Assembly (NCBI GenBank): GCA_043812455.1
Contig: JBDRMB010000029.1
Location: 8,303-72,302, forward strand
DNA: 64,000 nucleotides
Direction: 5' to 3'
Source of the DNA: an archaeon
Lineage (GTDB): Archaea; Nanobdellota; Nanobdellia; Woesearchaeales; GW2011-AR9
The position numbers were made by a program, and so were the translations under genes. Within the stretch, counting starts at the first letter, position 1. Each line of letters begins with the position of its first letter. The notes beneath the pieces are model-generated. The model did no database searches and had not been told where the DNA came from. It saw nothing but the letters and a program-made list of their open reading frames with translations. This document shows, piece by piece, positions 60,021-64,000 of the stretch.

Positions 60021-60055
60021 TAGTATACTATATATCTATATATATATATAGATAT
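60021..60055. promoter_or_regulatory. Palindromes in the divergent promoter between the Liv operon and its neighbouring regulator
   Basis: TAGTATACTA (60021-60030) and a perfect 24-bp ATATCTATATATATATATAGATAT (60032-60055). Confidence 0.5.
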
Positions 60056-60096
60056 TTTAGAAAGATTTATATAAAATCATTGCCAAGAACAACTAA

Positions 60097-60999
60097 ATGA
60101 AAAGAAAAATTGTCAAACTCGGACCTGCGACATTAGTAGTCAGTTTACCAAGCAAGTGGGTAAGAAAAATTAATGTTAAAGTGGGAGATGAAGTAGAATT
60201 AGAAGAAAGAGACGATGGTCTGTTAATTAGTCCAGAAAGAACTAGTAGAACGATGAAAGACAATTTAGAATTCATTAAGCCAAATCGCTTAATGCGCAGA
60301 ATTGTTGCAGCTAAATATATGAAAGGTGCTGATGAGATTGATATTAAAGTTGGATCGACAGCAATCTCAAGAGAAATCCAGAAAAGAGTTGATCAAATGA
60401 TTGGTATGGAAATTGTTGATCAATCAAAAGATAAACTGCTAATTAAAAGTCTTGGGATCAGCGAAGAAGATAATATTGAAACAATCTCTAAAAGAATATT
60501 ATATTTACTCCAATCAATTTCTGATGAAAGTCTTAATGCCATTAAAAACAGAGAGACTGATTTGGAATATCTGAAAGATATGGAACTTAACGTTAACAAG
60601 TTTTCAGAATATTGTTTTCGATTATTAAATAAGAAAGGACATCCTCAACCGAGCAAAACTGCTAGTTTTTATTGCAGTTTATTTTTGTTAGAAGAACTGG
60701 CCGATGAATACAAGAAACTTATCGATCACATTAATGATAACAAGGTTAAATTAAATAATAAATTAACTGATATTTATGCTAAAATTAATTCTTATCAAAA
60801 AAGCATGAACAAGATCTTTCTTAAATACAATGAAGAGAAAGCATTATCTTTAGCCAAAGAATATGATATTATTTCTAAAGATATTGAACTTGAACTGAAG
60901 AAGACCAAATCCGTTAAGGAAGCAATTGTCTTAAAAACTTTTGAAAACATTTCCCATATCATAATTAAGATCATGAATGAGTTCATGAATATCAATTAA
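60097..60999 (+). CDS. AbrB-domain/PhoU-like transcriptional regulator (paralog of 3236)
   Basis: MKRKIVKLGPATLVVSLPSKWV, Y..GADEI, VNKFSEYCFRLL, LEELAD. Confidence 0.87.
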   Translation: MKRKIVKLGPATLVVSLPSKWVRKINVKVGDEVELEERDDGLLISPERTSRTMKDNLEFIKPNRLMRRIVAAKYMKGADEIDIKVGSTAISREIQKRVDQMIGMEIVDQSKDKLLIKSLGISEEDNIETISKRILYLLQSISDESLNAIKNRETDLEYLKDMELNVNKFSEYCFRLLNKKGHPQPSKTASFYCSLFLLEELADEYKKLIDHINDNKVKLNNKLTDIYAKINSYQKSMNKIFLKYNEEKALSLAKEYDIISKDIELELKKTKSVKEAIVLKTFENISHIIIKIMNEFMNIN

Positions 61000-63095
61000 A
61001 AATCTTCTTCCCGTGGAGTAGCAAAGTATAAAGAACCAATATTATCACTAGCAGGACCATAATTCATCGCAGCATAAACTAATTCTCTGATGTCTTTAGA
61101 TATTATTTCATTATACGGATTGTTTAAATCAATCAAATTATAAGCGCATTCGGGACAACTAGAAGACCCCATATTACCAAGATCTCTTTCTTGAGGAGTA
61201 TAAAATTCATACAATGCTGCTTTTATATATCCATTATGTTTTTCTACCAATTGTGCTAATCTAGCAGCACCTTGATCCAAATTTTCTAATGGGTCAATTG
61301 TATTATCCCCATCTTTAAAATCTCGGTCAGCAAGTAAGGGGTCAAGAATATTTATATCAATTGTCCTCTCACTTTCTCGCATTATTCCTTGCCAACCATA
61401 GAGACGATTACTCTCCAACATATTTCTCAAAACTTTTGGTTCTAAAGAATATTTGTTTGCAATTTGATTTACAACTTCATCACCAATTTCATAACGTCCA
61501 TTTTCTACTTTACCATCAAGAATATCACTTTTAGCTGTTTCAAATGATCCGGTGAAGTTTATTCGATAGAGCTCTTCGCGAATTCCCTGCATATCAAAAA
61601 GCAAATCTTCCTGCCTTTCAATTTCATTCCTTCTTTCTTCCAAATACCTTGCACCAACTGCAACACCAACAATTGCAGATAGTCCAACAACTGGAAGCAT
61701 AACTCGATAAATTGCCCTTTTCCATTTTTTTTTTCTAATCTCTTTCCTTATTTTGGCAATCTCATCACTAGCGTTCTCTTCTACCAACTCAGTCAGAGGT
61801 ACCGGGGAAGCATTCTCCTGAGTCATGGCCTCGTGCGGATTACATCTCTCTTTCAACTGACGATAATCTCCTTCCATAAGTTCTCTAACAGAATATTTTC
61901 CGACAAACGGTCTATTCTCCCTGACAGCTTTCAAAAATTCTTGACTTACGATTCCCCGTGCCGTGGCATCGCCAATCCTCCTGGTAGCATCATTATACAA
62001 TACATTAGCCATGTTTTGCAACTTCTGAGCACTTAAATCATCTTCAGCGTTATCAGCCATCTTAATATACTTCTTAACAGCAACAAGTTCTTGCAAGATT
62101 TTGTTCTTAACGTAAATTCCAAAAGATTGAGTTTGCATCTCTTCATCATCCTCATGTAACTTCTCAGCAGCGTACATTGTTAATTGATATTCCGTATCCA
62201 TATCTAAGTTAGATTTGGTCAGCAATTTCCTCAAATCAAATTCAAAGAATCCATCAGAACAGGCAGCTGCCCAATCTAAATAAACAAACTTTCCATTAAC
62301 AAGAATATTGTTACCATGTAAATCACCATGAATGTTACTTCCTTTAGCAGCATTGAGATCGTCACCGATATCTTGCTTAAACAATTCGCACAACTTAGAA
62401 TCATCAGAATAAGACCTTACAAAATATTCATTAAAATCTGCTAACCTTTTTGGAAGGTCTAACCGTTCTCTAAATTCTTTAATATTAAGTACAGTATACA
62501 AACCAACATAATCATCAATCACTTTTTCGAGCAATGCAACATTATTTGCTTCATAATTTATATCCTGCAATGTTTTCAAAGTACTTCCTTCTACGAAAGG
62601 TGTGATAGTAATTCTTTTTCTTCTGTTGATAAAAGGCAGTGTTGGTACTTGACCTTCATAGGCTGTTCCTTCCAACAAATCACTTAATTCTCTTTGAGTC
62701 CTAACTGCAATTTTGAAATCTTCTTTCTTTGAAGATTTTTTTACTATATGTCTGATTGCAACTTTATCAGTTAATTGAAGAACTGCTTCTGCCACATAAC
62801 CGTCTTGTTCAGAAGTGTTTAATGTTACAGCATCTAAGAACCTTAATTCAGCTGCAAGAACATCAATACCTTTATCAGTTACAGCATTAGCTATCTTGCT
62901 TAATTGTTGGGGTGAGATTACACCACTTGCACTTAAACGTTCCAGTTCTGGCAATACAATTTGCTCTATGTATGCATCACAAGTTCTGTTTCCTAATGTT
63001 TCTCGTAATGGAAGATTCATAGCTTGGGCAAAGTGTTGTTTTCCAAACTTTTTTACTAAGTCCATATCAATCCTTCCCGGTACTTCTGAACTCAT
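60996..63095 (-). CDS. APH/kinase-like domain, TM segment and C-terminal lytic-transglycosylase-like domain
   Basis: HGDLHGNNIL..LDW; TM VMLPVVGLSAIVGVAVGA; IANKYSLEPKVLRNMLES..DPLENLDQGAARLAQLVEKHNG..AALYEF. Confidence 0.7.
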   Translation of the reverse strand: MSSEVPGRIDMDLVKKFGKQHFAQAMNLPLRETLGNRTCDAYIEQIVLPELERLSASGVISPQQLSKIANAVTDKGIDVLAAELRFLDAVTLNTSEQDGYVAEAVLQLTDKVAIRHIVKKSSKKEDFKIAVRTQRELSDLLEGTAYEGQVPTLPFINRRKRITITPFVEGSTLKTLQDINYEANNVALLEKVIDDYVGLYTVLNIKEFRERLDLPKRLADFNEYFVRSYSDDSKLCELFKQDIGDDLNAAKGSNIHGDLHGNNILVNGKFVYLDWAAACSDGFFEFDLRKLLTKSNLDMDTEYQLTMYAAEKLHEDDEEMQTQSFGIYVKNKILQELVAVKKYIKMADNAEDDLSAQKLQNMANVLYNDATRRIGDATARGIVSQEFLKAVRENRPFVGKYSVRELMEGDYRQLKERCNPHEAMTQENASPVPLTELVEENASDEIAKIRKEIRKKKWKRAIYRVMLPVVGLSAIVGVAVGARYLEERRNEIERQEDLLFDMQGIREELYRINFTGSFETAKSDILDGKVENGRYEIGDEVVNQIANKYSLEPKVLRNMLESNRLYGWQGIMRESERTIDINILDPLLADRDFKDGDNTIDPLENLDQGAARLAQLVEKHNGYIKAALYEFYTPQERDLGNMGSSSCPECAYNLIDLNNPYNEIISKDIRELVYAAMNYGPASDNIGSLYFATPREEDF

Positions 63096-63226
63096 TTTTT
63101 ATTCCCCATCCGTTTAAGCGCATATTCAAAAGCGTGCGATCTATTTCTGAACTTTCCAGTTAGAACACTAGCATCTACATCTACTAAAACATCTTCATTT
63201 ACAGTGATACTGATCTTACGCTTCAT
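63092..63226 (-). CDS. 44-aa ribbon-helix-helix (CopG/Arc/MetJ-like) protein
   Basis: Manual translation MKRKISITVNEDVLVDVDASVLTGKFRNRSHAFEYALKRMGNKK; ATGA overlap with the kinase gene. Confidence 0.8.
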   Translation of the reverse strand: MKRKISITVNEDVLVDVDASVLTGKFRNRSHAFEYALKRMGNKK

Positions 63227-63373
63227 ACAGTGTGATATTATCCCACCCCATTTATAAAGCTTTTGGTTATTTGTTACTTAGAAGGAGTTACAGATACACG
63301 GAGTCACAATAAATCCTATTGATCAAAAAATAAGAATTAAAATATTAAGAAATAAAATAAAAAAAGGAAGAAT

Positions 63374-63754
63374 TTACTCTTCTACTGCTTTTTCAAGCTT
63401 AGTTTCTGGAGCTTTAGCTTTAGGAGCCTTCTTCTCCTTAACCGGCTTAGTTTTCTTAACAGGAGCTTTAACCTTAACTTTTCTAGGTTTTGTAGGTCTT
63501 TTAGCAGGAGTTTTACTTTTCTTTTCCTTGACTTCAATACCTAAAGCTTTAGCTACAGCAGCAGTATCAGCATTCTCTTTAATGTCAACCATTTCAGCAG
63601 AAGGTTCTAAATGTTTAACATTAACTTTCCTTCTTCTGGTTTCTCCGTCAACTAGAACAAAGATATCATCAACTTTGCTAACAACAACACATTTCTTTCC
63701 AGCATCTCGGCCAGCAATCTTGATACAAACCCGTCCTATTTCGTATAGACTCAT
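63374..63754 (-). CDS. rpl14e: 50S ribosomal protein L14e with Lys-rich C-terminal extension
   Basis: IGRVCIKIAGRDAGKKCVVV, RRKVNVKHLEP; start revised to MSLYEIG. Confidence 0.93.
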   Translation of the reverse strand: MSLYEIGRVCIKIAGRDAGKKCVVVSKVDDIFVLVDGETRRRKVNVKHLEPSAEMVDIKENADTAAVAKALGIEVKEKKSKTPAKRPTKPRKVKVKAPVKKTKPVKEKKAPKAKAPETKLEKAVEE

Positions 63755-64000
63755 TCTTCTGACCTCGCTCTTTCTTTCATCATCATTCGCAAACATTTAG
63801 TACACAATAATCCACCGTAAGGTCTTTCTGGCCTTTTCTTGGACTTTGGTATGTTTGCCATCTTTGCTGGCAGTTCTCTAGGTACAGTAGTTAGTATTGC
63901 ACCGCAAGCACCACAATGTGCTCGGGAAGGTTTTCTTTTTCTGTAATGTAGAACATTCTTCCCACTAGGAGTTTTCACGAAAACTCTTCGTAACGTTCTT
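63751..64000 (-). CDS. rpl34e: 50S ribosomal protein L34e (start beyond the window)
   Basis: RTLRRVFVKTPSG, CGACG..L, RPERPYGG.LC..C. Confidence 0.93.
   Translation of the reverse strand, partial: RTLRRVFVKTPSGKNVLHYRKRKPSRAHCGACGAILTTVPRELPAKMANIPKSKKRPERPYGGLLCTKCLRMMMKERARSEE

Overview
AT-rich archaeal chromosome segment, most consistent with a DPANN archaeon (Woesearchaeota/Nanobdellota-like). This is inferred from archaeal information genes (rfcS, pelota, TrmB, archaeal-type pheS/pheT, rpl14e, rpl34e, NOP2/RsmB) alongside bacterial-type GAPDH, a long RelA/SpoT homolog, a Liv ABC transporter and many KK(A/G)Q-type pilin-like and Cys-containing surface proteins. Main observations: (1) cysS is split inside its CGPTVY motif by a 32-nt hairpin insert with bulge-helix-bulge geometry. 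Its removal restores the frame exactly. It lies ~100 nt from a free-standing LAGLIDADG gene whose ribosome-binding site is hairpin-occluded, making it a candidate mRNA intron plus homing partner. (2) A set of proteins predicted to act on bacterial peptidoglycan: a secreted lytic transglycosylase and an alpha/beta-hydrolase-M15 peptidase that share a private ~50-aa module, two SH3b-like lipoproteins, and a kinase-TM-transglycosylase-like receptor. The two enzymes lie at the end of a run of pilin-like and giant surface genes. (3) Two mirror-image modules (tiny DNA-binding gene, membrane kinase, convergent AbrB-PhoU regulator, divergent exported/transport operon with DxDxDG proteins) at the two ends of the window. 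(4) A family of foldback MITE-like elements, one carrying a nested TA-flanked 60-bp double hairpin. No tRNA, rRNA or CRISPR array was recognised. All family calls are from motif reading by eye; no searches were run.
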